This document shows, piece after piece, positions 44,085 to 52,693 of a stretch of DNA of 59,895 nt; within the stretch, counting starts at the first letter, position 1; each line of letters starts with the position of its first letter. Both the position numbers and the translations under genes were made by a program. The notes under the pieces are model-generated. The model saw only the letters and a list, made by a program, of their open reading frames with translations. It was not told the DNA's origin and did no database searches. This DNA is from a virus (lineage: Duplodnaviria; Caudoviricetes): positions 1 to 59,895 of IMG/VR virus record IMGVR_UViG_3300011338_000749; one strand, 5' to 3'.

Positions 44085-45583
44085 AGAGTAAATCCTTTGT
44101 CTTGAAACTTAGGCAGCACCAAGTGCAGTGACTGCTTTGTGCGGGTAACCCCTACGTAGAAAAGGCGATTTACGTTGTCGCCGTTTCTTTGGTATTCCTT
44201 GGCAAACTTTGTGGATAAGTCCATGAGCAGCAGGACATTGTCCGCCTCGCCCCCCTTGGCTCCGTGGATTGTGGATAACTTGACCCGGCCACCGTCCGTG
44301 AGCTTGGTTCCGCGGCGCAGCACCGAGATCAGGTAGTCACGTTTATCGTGAGCAATTTTGCTCAGTGCTTCGTGCCAGATGGGTGTGGCCAGCAGTCCGT
44401 AGGATGCCTGCAACTGCTCAATGGTGTACAGCTCGTTGCGGTCGCCCTTGAAGGTCCGCGAGCCGCGGGCCACGAGGCCCGAATCCAGATACCGGTAGAC
44501 GTTGGAAATGTCCTCGCCAATCACTTGCTGGCCCTTGCGCAGGCGCTCCCAACTAATCACGGCCTTGAGGATGGTTGGTCCTATGCTGGGAACACCACTG
44601 CGGTCAAACAGCACACCCTTGCTCTTGAGCCATTCGCCCACCGGGTTGAGCAGGTAGTTGGTGCTGGCCATGATGAGCCATCGGCCATCGTCAATCGGTA
44701 CGTCTTCAAAGCGGTAGTAGGTCAGGACCTTTCCCTCGAAGTCTCTGGGCTTCCATACCTTTGTTTGGCGTTCGCGGATACGGTGAACAATATGGTTGGC
44801 CAGCGCATGCACGGCGCTCGGAACGCGGTACGACTGCTGAAGGACCTTGATGGTGCCGTTGAACGACAAGAAGCTCTTGACGTCTGCCCCGGCCCACGTG
44901 AAAACTGCCTGATCATCGTCACCTGCAAGGTACACCCGCTTGGCTTTGGCAGCCAGCGCTTCCACCAGTTGCCACTGTAATCGGGACAGGTCTTGCGCTT
45001 CGTCGACGATCAGAACTTCCAGTGAGGGCAGTTGGTCCGTATCGCTGACCACTCTCTCCAGAAGGTCGGTGAAGTCCAGCAGGTCTTTGCTGCGTTTGTA
45101 ATGCCGGTAGGTCCGTTCAACAAACTCAAAGTGGTGCCACTCGATGTCCAGTCCTGACTCGTTGTAGTGCTGGCGCAGGTCTACGCCGCGGATGCGGGCC
45201 AAGTTGATCTCGTTGAGGATGGGGTTGTCCGGTTTAGACAGATCGGTATCGTCGTCCGCGTTAATCTTGATTTCGATACCTGCTTGCGCTGCAAACTCGC
45301 GGTAATGCTCTGCCTGCATGATCAGGTCTGGTTTCACAGACAGCACACGGTAGGCCAAGCTGTGCAGTGTGCGGAAGAATGGGAAGTCGGTCTTGGGGTG
45401 CAGTTGCGGAAACTTGATCAGGGCCCGGTCGCGCGCTTCGGTGGCCGCTTTCTTGGTGAAAGAAAAGTAGCCAATGGTTAGAGAAGAAACCCCAGCCTCA
45501 AGTTCCCGATCTACGACGTTGAGCAAGTAAGTGGTCTTGCCTGACCCCGGAGGGCCAAAGACCTTCTCAATGCTCGGTGTCAT
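44081..45583 (-). CDS. UvrD/Rep-like SF1 helicase
   Basis: GPPGSGKTT, TLHS, DEAQD, GDDDQA, QSYR, STIHGAKGGEAD, YVGVTR. Confidence 0.9.
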   Translation of the reverse strand: MTPSIEKVFGPPGSGKTTYLLNVVDRELEAGVSSLTIGYFSFTKKAATEARDRALIKFPQLHPKTDFPFFRTLHSLAYRVLSVKPDLIMQAEHYREFAAQAGIEIKINADDDTDLSKPDNPILNEINLARIRGVDLRQHYNESGLDIEWHHFEFVERTYRHYKRSKDLLDFTDLLERVVSDTDQLPSLEVLIVDEAQDLSRLQWQLVEALAAKAKRVYLAGDDDQAVFTWAGADVKSFLSFNGTIKVLQQSYRVPSAVHALANHIVHRIRERQTKVWKPRDFEGKVLTYYRFEDVPIDDGRWLIMASTNYLLNPVGEWLKSKGVLFDRSGVPSIGPTILKAVISWERLRKGQQVIGEDISNVYRYLDSGLVARGSRTFKGDRNELYTIEQLQASYGLLATPIWHEALSKIAHDKRDYLISVLRRGTKLTDGGRVKLSTIHGAKGGEADNVLLLMDLSTKFAKEYQRNGDNVNRLFYVGVTRTKQSLHLVLPKFQDKGFTL

Positions 45584-45815
45584 GATCCCACATGTCTTCT
45601 GTCCAGACAAGCACGGGAGTGTTCTCGCCTACGTAAGAACCTTCGATGTTGAACTCCATGAACTCGCGCGCTTCCTCGCTATCCATGCCCTGCGCCATGA
45701 GGTTCTTTCGGATGATCTCAGCGTCATACACCAACACAGCAACTTGAGTGTTGCCTCTCCAAATGCAGGCTGGGCCAAGGATTGCGTTATCGTGACCGTT
45801 AATTTTTAATATCAA
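45567..45815 (-). CDS. Small conserved hypothetical protein
   Basis: G.D.AILG...VYD...EEA.EF.EFNI.G.YVGE.TP. Confidence 0.7.
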   Translation of the reverse strand: MILKINGHDNAILGPACIWRGNTQVAVLVYDAEIIRKNLMAQGMDSEEAREFMEFNIEGSYVGENTPVLVWTEDMWDHDTEH

Positions 45816-47344
45816 AATGGACTCCCTTCAGTGCGTTGAGTTTGGGTATCGAACGGGGCTTCTTGTTTGCCAAAGCGCGGTATGCGCCAGCAGCGAACGG
45901 CGCGGCCCTTAAGAAATAGGCTGATGGGCTCTCCACCCATTTCCCGCAGGCGTTGAGCCATCTTAGGCGCGGTCAAGACTTTGAAGTTGTTGCGTAGCAA
46001 GTGCGCGTCAAGGTCCTTGATCCGGAAGTAGGTTTTCGCCTCATCTTCGTCTGTCCATGGGCGGCCCATGAGCATCTCTTCGCGAGCCAGGGCCTGCTGC
46101 ATGTGGGTGGTGAACTCTTCTAGTAGATCCATGAAGCGACCAATCACGCTGGTGTCTTCAGAGGCCACGGTAATCTGCTCAGTCTCCACCATTTCTTTCA
46201 GGAGAGCATTGAGCGTGTTTTCCCAATCAATTTTGCGCAGCGTCGGAGGTACGACGTTGATCTTCTCAAGGCATGCCTTTTGGAATGCAGCTTGGTTGTA
46301 AAGCATCTCTGTTTCAAGCTCTACGCGCTTGCCGTTGACATCCAAGAACCACAGTGGTGGGTCGCTGGCGTACTTGGACAAGCTGGCTATCTGCGCCGAA
46401 TCAGGAGCATGGGCTCCAATGCCAAACTTTCGCGAGCGGCAGAGCCCCGAGTTACAGAAACTGTTAAGAGGCGCGTCCTTACACTTGTACTGGTAGTCCT
46501 TCTTTCCCGTCTGCTTGATGATAAGCTGTACTTCGTTATTCGGTAGAGGCGGAGCGACGTATTTAAGGTTGTACTCGACCATCTTGTCTTCCCACCCACT
46601 CGGGTGGGCACGTTTAAGATAGACCCCAATGTTGAATAGCCCATTATTGCGGGTGCCTTCCGGAAACCCTTGCGCACAAAGAGCTTGTAGGCAAGGCGGG
46701 CCATCTTTGATGGGGCTCTCCGCTTGTTTAGGCGGCTCAGGGAAATTGAGTGGCGTGTCTTGCACGTTTGCTGCGTGGAGTGCATAAAACTCTTCAAGGG
46801 TCGCCGCAGAACCGTCGGCATTGAATGCATACCTTGTACCGGAGTCCCCGCCAAAGTACGGCAGATTAAGGAAGTTTCCGGTGTCTCCTCGGTCCACGAG
46901 GATTTCTGCTTGCTTGGGGAATATCTCCCGACCAGCTTCGCCAAGTAAAGCTGCCGCATTTTTGAGATACGTCTGGTAATCACGAGCTGGCGCAGGTGTT
47001 TTTGTAAATAAGAAGACATGTGCGCCCCCTGACTTGCTGCGGCAGACAACGAGCGGCAGCTTTAATTGATGAACTTTCTCAACCAAGCCTTTGTGGTCGA
47101 GCGGATACTGATCAATGTCAATGCAGCCCCAGATGCAGGTGTTATCTGCACGTATAGGGATGATGCCGAGTGATGGGTCTATGCCTGCAAAATGTTGAAT
47201 CCACAGGTCATCTGTCGGCGGCTTACGCACCACCGTGGCCTGCCCCGCCTGTTTACCATCGCCTCGCTCCGATTTAATCCTGTAGGTGCCATAAGCAATG
47301 TCTAGGCCACTAAATATGGCTTTGAATCTGGTGATGTCTGTCAT
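45812..47344 (-). CDS. AEP-family primase with PriCT-like domain
   Basis: WGCIDID; RSKSGGAHVFLF; EIFPKQ; GN.LNLPY; PPCL...EG.RNNGLF. Confidence 0.8.
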   Translation of the reverse strand: MTDITRFKAIFSGLDIAYGTYRIKSERGDGKQAGQATVVRKPPTDDLWIQHFAGIDPSLGIIPIRADNTCIWGCIDIDQYPLDHKGLVEKVHQLKLPLVVCRSKSGGAHVFLFTKTPAPARDYQTYLKNAAALLGEAGREIFPKQAEILVDRGDTGNFLNLPYFGGDSGTRYAFNADGSAATLEEFYALHAANVQDTPLNFPEPPKQAESPIKDGPPCLQALCAQGFPEGTRNNGLFNIGVYLKRAHPSGWEDKMVEYNLKYVAPPLPNNEVQLIIKQTGKKDYQYKCKDAPLNSFCNSGLCRSRKFGIGAHAPDSAQIASLSKYASDPPLWFLDVNGKRVELETEMLYNQAAFQKACLEKINVVPPTLRKIDWENTLNALLKEMVETEQITVASEDTSVIGRFMDLLEEFTTHMQQALAREEMLMGRPWTDEDEAKTYFRIKDLDAHLLRNNFKVLTAPKMAQRLREMGGEPISLFLKGRAVRCWRIPRFGKQEAPFDTQTQRTEGSPF

Positions 47345-47363
47345 ACGACTCTCTATGGAAGGT

Positions 47364-47387
47364 GGGGCCACTGCGAACAGCGGCCCC
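47364..47387 (-). promoter_or_regulatory. UUCG hairpin between SSB-like gene and primase
   Basis: GGGGCCGCTG-TTCG-CAGTGGCCCC. Confidence 0.5.
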
Positions 47388-47392
47388 TAAAC

Positions 47393-48169
47393 TCAGAACG
47401 GTTGAGCGCCCGCCTCAGGGGCACCTTCGGCATGCTCATGCTTAACTTTCACATCACCGGCACTGACCTGTGATGCAAACGCCTTGGCAGCACCGTATGC
47501 GTTCATGTCTTCCACAGCACCGACCTTCTCAATCTCCCAACCAAACCACTTGCCCTTGTCGTTAGACTCGGCCTGTGTCGTCAAGCGATACACGTGGCTG
47601 TACATAGGAGGCGTGAACGGTCCGTTCTTACCCATCAGCTTTGTGGACATCAACATACTGTTCCACTTGCGGCTCTTCTTGAGCTGGGTGGACTTCATGG
47701 TAATGAGCGCTGGCTCAGGGATACCTGCATCGTTGATGACCATCACGTAGTGATTGGCCGTGTTCTCGATGTAGTTGCCGTTGTCAAGGTAGTCCTTGTT
47801 GTCGCCCGGTTCGCGGTGCGTGCGGCTCAGGATGTCAGACGTTGCCGGGTACACAGAAATGGGAGCGCCGCTGCCGGAACCGCGTGGTGCCCACTCAATG
47901 TATTGGCGCACGTAGGCCACTGGAATGACGTTGATGCCATCCTTGCCGTTGTACAGCTCCCCAGTCACGGTGTTCATGATCATGCCGGGCATGGCCCCAT
48001 CAACCACACCCACTTCTGGGCTGGTATTGACCAACAGGCGCAGGAACGGAAGCGCAAAGTCTTCCTGTCCCATGTTGTCAAAGCCACCATTGGCATCATC
48101 TTCAAACGCGTTGCCCAATGCAACTACATACTCTTTGTCTTCTTTGACTGCTACTTGATTCTTGCTCAT
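47393..48169 (-). CDS. Putative ssDNA-binding protein
   Basis: D..LPFL..L..SP; MKSTQLKKSRKWNS; N.KG.W.GW; C-terminal PF; replication context. Confidence 0.65.
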   Translation of the reverse strand: MSKNQVAVKEDKEYVVALGNAFEDDANGGFDNMGQEDFALPFLRLLVNTSPEVGVVDGAMPGMIMNTVTGELYNGKDGINVIPVAYVRQYIEWAPRGSGSGAPISVYPATSDILSRTHREPGDNKDYLDNGNYIENTANHYVMVINDAGIPEPALITMKSTQLKKSRKWNSMLMSTKLMGKNGPFTPPMYSHVYRLTTQAESNDKGKWFGWEIEKVGAVEDMNAYGAAKAFASQVSAGDVKVKHEHAEGAPEAGAQPF

Positions 48170-48181
48170 GATTAATTTCCT

Positions 48182-48739
48182 TTAGGCTGATTTAATGGTC
48201 GCTTTTTGGCCGATATATACGCCAAAAAGTTCTGATGGAAACGCGCTGCCGCGCTCCGTCTGCTCGCGAACCCAAGCTTTGAGAGTCTGGGGTTCGATCT
48301 TCTGCGCTTGCTCCACAGGGTAGCTTTGCTCACGCAGTTGATTCAATAGGCTCTCGCACAGTTGGTCTTCCCCCCGACCAAACCGCACGGAGACCGTGTT
48401 CTTGATGATGTCGTCATAGCCGTGGTCACGCAGCCATTCATACGCCTGGGCCCGGTTCTCTTCCTTGATGGAGGCAGAGTAAAAGGGCTTGACAGTAATC
48501 TTGCTGCCGTCTGCCATGGTGAAGTCTTTCATGCCCAGCTCATTGAGCATGTTGGGAATGGACTCTTCCTCGAGTTTGCGCAACTGCTCCTTGCGCTCCT
48601 TGAGCACAGACTCGTGCTCCTCAATCTCTTTTTCCAGCATCTTGGCACGCTTGGCCAATGCTGCAACGGAAGTCAGGTCCTCATCCTTTACGGTAAGTGC
48701 CCCTGCGTCTTCCTCGAACATGGTGTTTAAATTACTCAT
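48182..48739 (-). CDS. Conserved replication-module protein
   Basis: IP....E.G......DG; A..WLR..G..DIIKN; P.TLKAWVRE. Confidence 0.7.
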   Translation of the reverse strand: MSNLNTMFEEDAGALTVKDEDLTSVAALAKRAKMLEKEIEEHESVLKERKEQLRKLEEESIPNMLNELGMKDFTMADGSKITVKPFYSASIKEENRAQAYEWLRDHGYDDIIKNTVSVRFGRGEDQLCESLLNQLREQSYPVEQAQKIEPQTLKAWVREQTERGSAFPSELFGVYIGQKATIKSA

Positions 48740-49061
48740 CGCTTTCTCCTTTCTGGGTTACGTCAATTTTGACGGGAATGTACAGGTGCTCGCGGCGATC
48801 CCACTTCAGCGCTGTGTAACGGCCACTGTTGGCAAATGCAGCAATAGAGCAGGCCAAGCCTATTGCTACGGGGTCTCCTGCCAAGAGCAGGAAATCCTCG
48901 TCGGTAAAATTGCGCAGTTTATTGCGCAATAAACGAATGGTGGGTGCAGTGCTGAACGCAATCTGGGTGTATGTAGGCAGCAAGATCTTCATCTCGCCAA
49001 ACTTCATAGCAGGGGCCAAATTGTGATTAGGCATCTCTTGCACAACATATATGGTTGGCAT
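48732..49061 (-). CDS. Conserved hypothetical protein
   Basis: GAAAGGATAG SD; YVVQE...A..FG...D.LLL.GDP...LKWD. Confidence 0.7.
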   Translation of the reverse strand: MPTIYVVQEMPNHNLAPAMKFGEMKILLPTYTQIAFSTAPTIRLLRNKLRNFTDEDFLLLAGDPVAIGLACSIAAFANSGRYTALKWDRREHLYIPVKIDVTQKGESDE

Positions 49062-49147
49062 GTTTACGCTATCCTTTCTTTAAACGTGCAATTAGTGTAC
49101 ACTACTTTCTAGGTTGTCAACAACCTTTTTTAGAAAGAAAGAAAGTA

Positions 49148-50599
49148 ATGGACTATTTTTTGAACAACTACCCCTTCAAGAACAAACCGTTTACCCATCA
49201 GGCGGTATATTTGCAGCGTTTTTGGGACCAGCCCGGCGCGGCGCTTTTTGCAGACACCGGCACGGGGAAGAGCTTCATGCTCATCAACAATGCGGCCATG
49301 CTCTATGACAGGGGCAGGATAAATTCCGTGCTCATCGTAGCACCCAAGGGGGTGTACCGCAACTGGTTCAAGCTCGAGATACCAAAGCACATGCCCGAAC
49401 ATGTCCAGTACACGATGGCGTGCTGGTCCCCTTCTCCACGCAAGGCCGAGCAAGCGGAGATGGAAAAAATGTTGGCGGCGGTGGATACCATGCGGGTACT
49501 GGTCATGAACGTCGAAGCCTTTAGTACGGAAAAGGGGGCCAATTTTGCTCGTACTTTTTTACGGGTGACCAATGCCTTTATGGCGGTCGACGAAAGCACA
49601 ACAATTAAAACCCCAAATGCCAAGCGGACGAAAGGGATTATTAAGGTAGGGAGAGAGGCACGGTACCGCAGGGTGGCCACCGGTTCCCCGGTCACCAAAA
49701 GCCCTCTTGACGTGTATTCCCAATGTGAATTCTTGGGCCCGGACTACCTCAACATCCACAGCTTTTACGCATTCCAGGCGAGGTATGCCATAACGATAGA
49801 GCGCAAGATGGCCACGCATACGTTCAAGCAGATTGTGGGGTATCGCAGGCTTGACGAGCTACAGCAGAAGCTCAATGTGTTTTCTTTTCGCGTCCGTAAG
49901 GACGAGTGCTTTGATCTGCCAGATAAGGTTTTCCTAAAACGAGAAGTGGAGCTGACATCAGAGCAGCGCAGGGCGTATGACCAGATGGTTTTGATGGCGC
50001 TTGCGGTCTTAGATGAGGGCATGATTACGACCAACAATGCACTAACACAGATCATGCGCCTTCAGCAGATTGTGTGTGGGCATCTGACGCTTGACACAGG
50101 GGAGGTGATATCCATCAAGAACAATCGCATGGACGAAATGTTGGCGGCCATCGAGGAGTCTTCAGGCAAGATCATCATCTGGGCAAACTTCCGACACGAC
50201 ATCTTTGCAATCAAGCTGGCACTGCAGGAAAAGCATGGCATGAACAGCGTTGCTACATATTTCGGCGACACAACAACCGAGGAGCGGTCCGAAATTGTTG
50301 ATCGATTCCAAGACCCCGAAAATGAACTGCGGTTTTTTGTTGGCCAGCCCCGAACGGGGGGCTACGGTCTTACGCTGACAGAGGCGCACACAATGATCTA
50401 CTATTCCAACAGCTATGACCTAGAAATCAGGCTGCAGTCGGAGGCCCGCATTGATCGTTACGGACAAAAGCACAAGATGACCTACATAGACCTGTCCTCG
50501 CCCAATACCGTAGATGAAAAAATTGTGGATGCACTGCAAAAGAAGATGGATATCGCAAACTTGGTTTTAGGTGAATCGGCGCGGGACTGGATTAAGTGA
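49148..50599 (+). CDS. SNF2-family helicase
   Basis: Start ATG 49148; GTGKS, VDES..IK, TGSP, RLQQI, GGYGLTLT, QSEARIDRYGQ. Confidence 0.9.
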   Translation: MDYFLNNYPFKNKPFTHQAVYLQRFWDQPGAALFADTGTGKSFMLINNAAMLYDRGRINSVLIVAPKGVYRNWFKLEIPKHMPEHVQYTMACWSPSPRKAEQAEMEKMLAAVDTMRVLVMNVEAFSTEKGANFARTFLRVTNAFMAVDESTTIKTPNAKRTKGIIKVGREARYRRVATGSPVTKSPLDVYSQCEFLGPDYLNIHSFYAFQARYAITIERKMATHTFKQIVGYRRLDELQQKLNVFSFRVRKDECFDLPDKVFLKREVELTSEQRRAYDQMVLMALAVLDEGMITTNNALTQIMRLQQIVCGHLTLDTGEVISIKNNRMDEMLAAIEESSGKIIIWANFRHDIFAIKLALQEKHGMNSVATYFGDTTTEERSEIVDRFQDPENELRFFVGQPRTGGYGLTLTEAHTMIYYSNSYDLEIRLQSEARIDRYGQKHKMTYIDLSSPNTVDEKIVDALQKKMDIANLVLGESARDWIK

Positions 50600-50643
50600 C
50601 ATGTGATAGGATTGTCTTATCCCATGTTACCAAGGAGAAAGAT

Positions 50644-51156
50644 ATGCCCCCTTTATCCGGCCCAGACAACCCTTCGTACCGGCATGGTCACACCCGTGCC
50701 CGCGATGGAAAGTGGTCCTCGCTGTACATCCGATTCATGAACCTCAAAGCACGATGCCATCAGCTCTGCGACAAGGACTATGTGCGCTACGGGGCGAAAG
50801 GCATAACGGTTTGCGGTCGTTGGCGTTTTGGGGAAGACGGGCGCACGGGGTTTGAGTGCTTTTTTGCAGATATGGGGGAGCCTCCATTTGAGAAAGCCTC
50901 GATTGACCGTATCGATTCGGCTAAGGGGTACTCCCCTGAAAACTGCCGATGGGCCGATGCGAAACAGCAAGGAAACAATCGTCGAACTAATCGCTGGATA
51001 GAGATTGACGGTATGCGAAAAACATTAACGCAATGGTCCGAAATCAGCGGAGTAGGCTCTAAGACCATCCTGTACCGAATCAACCGTGGCATAGATGCGC
51101 GAACCGCGGTCTTTGAGACCCCTTCTAGGCATCGTCATTTTAAGAAAGTCTTGTAA
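50644..51156 (+). mobile_element. Free-standing HNH-like endonuclease
   Basis: YG.KGI.VC.RW...F..DMG.P...SIDRID..KGYSPENCRWA..Q..NRR; AAGGAG SD. Confidence 0.8.
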
Positions 51157-51887
51157 TGCAGCTTGTACCGATCAGGAATAAATATGTCTATCCCACTCTC
51201 AAGCGCCTGGACTTGCCCACGGGCCGCGTGTATACATTGGACGGTGGCCTGCCGGTACCCAGCGTCACCACCATCTTGTCAGCCACGAAGGACCGGGCTC
51301 ACTTGGACGAGTGGGCCAACCGAGTGGGCTTGGATGAGGCGGAGCGCATCAAGAACGAAGCAGCTACCGTGGGCACGCACATGCACAACGTCGTCGAGCG
51401 AATGCTGCTCAACAGGCCACTAGAGACGCCGCGCACGTGGCTACAGGTCAAGGGCTACCGCATGGGATATACCCTGATCGAGAAGTTTTTTCCGCACGTC
51501 GACGAGGCGTGGGGCACGGAGATTCCGTTGCTGTACGCGGGCTGCTATGCGGGGACCTCGGACTTCATTGGTGTGTACAAGGGAAAACCCTGCATTGTTG
51601 ACTTCAAGCAGACCAACAAAATGAAGCGCCGAGCGTGGATCGAGGACTACTTTGTCCAACTTGCTGCGTACGCTGTCGCACACAACCACCAGCACGGCAC
51701 GGACATCAATCAGGGGGTGATTCTGATGGTGGCGCAGGACGGAGAAGTGCAGGAATTTGTCTCTGTCGGGCGCGAGTTTGATGGCTACTGCAGTCAGTGG
51801 TGGCGACGTGTTGAGGCGCACGCAAAAAAGGGTCTGGACGTGAATCCAGACCCAAGTACCGTCCAGAGCGGAGAACCCCTGCCTTAG
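51156..51887 (+). CDS. PD-(D/E)xK exonuclease
   Basis: PSVTTIL; GT.MH; YAGTSD; IVDFKQ; DYFVQLAAYA. Confidence 0.85.
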   Translation: MQLVPIRNKYVYPTLKRLDLPTGRVYTLDGGLPVPSVTTILSATKDRAHLDEWANRVGLDEAERIKNEAATVGTHMHNVVERMLLNRPLETPRTWLQVKGYRMGYTLIEKFFPHVDEAWGTEIPLLYAGCYAGTSDFIGVYKGKPCIVDFKQTNKMKRRAWIEDYFVQLAAYAVAHNHQHGTDINQGVILMVAQDGEVQEFVSVGREFDGYCSQWWRRVEAHAKKGLDVNPDPSTVQSGEPLP

Positions 51888-51948
51888 GCGTAGACGGCAA
51901 CTGCAAACTGTCCAAAAGAGGCCTTTTTGGCGGTGGCTTCTTCCTCAG

Positions 51949-52116
51949 TCATTTTGATTTCGCTGCTCGCATGTTTGCCACCAAGGAAGGGTATACCTGC
52001 CCCTTGCGTTTTGCCTCCGCCTTAGCAGCAGCTTTCTTTGCAGGGGCAAGCTTCTTAGGCGCGCCCAAAGATTTTGGACGGGCTTTTTCCCACACGGGTT
52101 TGTTTGAAGTAGCCAT
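51949..52116 (-). CDS. 55-aa basic protein
   Basis: Manual translation MATSNKPVWEKARPKSLGAPKKLAPAKKAAAKAEAKRKGQVYPSLVANMRAAKSK. Confidence 0.65.
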   Translation of the reverse strand: MATSNKPVWEKARPKSLGAPKKLAPAKKAAAKAEAKRKGQVYPSLVANMRAAKSK

Positions 52117-52119
52117 GGC

Positions 52120-52308
52120 TTAGCACCCGCGCTTGGCAACGCCCTTGCCCCTCATGGCCATGCCGCCCGTGGCCATTTTGCCTTTGCCATCGGCTGCAAA
52201 GGCAGGCACTTTTTTGCCGTCCTTCATGACCATGGCCATGCCGCCCATAGCTTTTTTAGTAGGAGCTGCTTTCTTGGCAGCAGGTTTTTTCATGGTGCTC
52301 GATTTCAT
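52120..52308 (-). CDS. Small Lys-rich protein with AMGG/ATGG motifs
   Basis: KAMGGMA...VPAFAADGKGKMATGGMA.RG.G.A. Confidence 0.7.
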   Translation of the reverse strand: MKSSTMKKPAAKKAAPTKKAMGGMAMVMKDGKKVPAFAADGKGKMATGGMAMRGKGVAKRGC

Positions 52309-52312
52309 AGTA

Positions 52313-52693
52313 TTACTCCAAGTTGCGAAGTTTATAAAGGACTGACAAATAAGTGGCTATTGCCTCATCAATCAGATTCTGGATTGCAGTTTCTGTTTGG
52401 GGGCAGCAGTCGTACCGCATGTCCTCAATTTTATTCATTTCAGTTTCAAGCCACGTAGCGGTCGCTGCAATGCTTTTCTTGCCCTTAGGGCCATCCAAGT
52501 ATGGAATCTCATCCATAAGCCCGTAGCGGCCCTGATAGGCCTCGGCAATGGCATCTGCGCGCTCAATGATGTCATCGTAAAACGAGCCTAAGGCTGTGTG
52601 GGCAGCAAAGCTGCCTGTCCCCGTCACCAGCAAGTGGCGGCGGTGGGCAAACTCACGGCTGAGAAACAGCGTGGCAATCAATTCTTCCATCAT
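52313..52693 (-). CDS. Ferritin/Dps-like four-helix protein
   Basis: H..H....SFAAH.ALG.FY....D..AEAYQG.YG...QN..DE.....YKL. Confidence 0.7.
   Translation of the reverse strand: MMEELIATLFLSREFAHRRHLLVTGTGSFAAHTALGSFYDDIIERADAIAEAYQGRYGLMDEIPYLDGPKGKKSIAATATWLETEMNKIEDMRYDCCPQTETAIQNLIDEAIATYLSVLYKLRNLE

Noticed and set aside
51884-51952. 22-aa ORF coupled to 51949..52116
   Set aside because: Too short to support, although ATGA coupling is present
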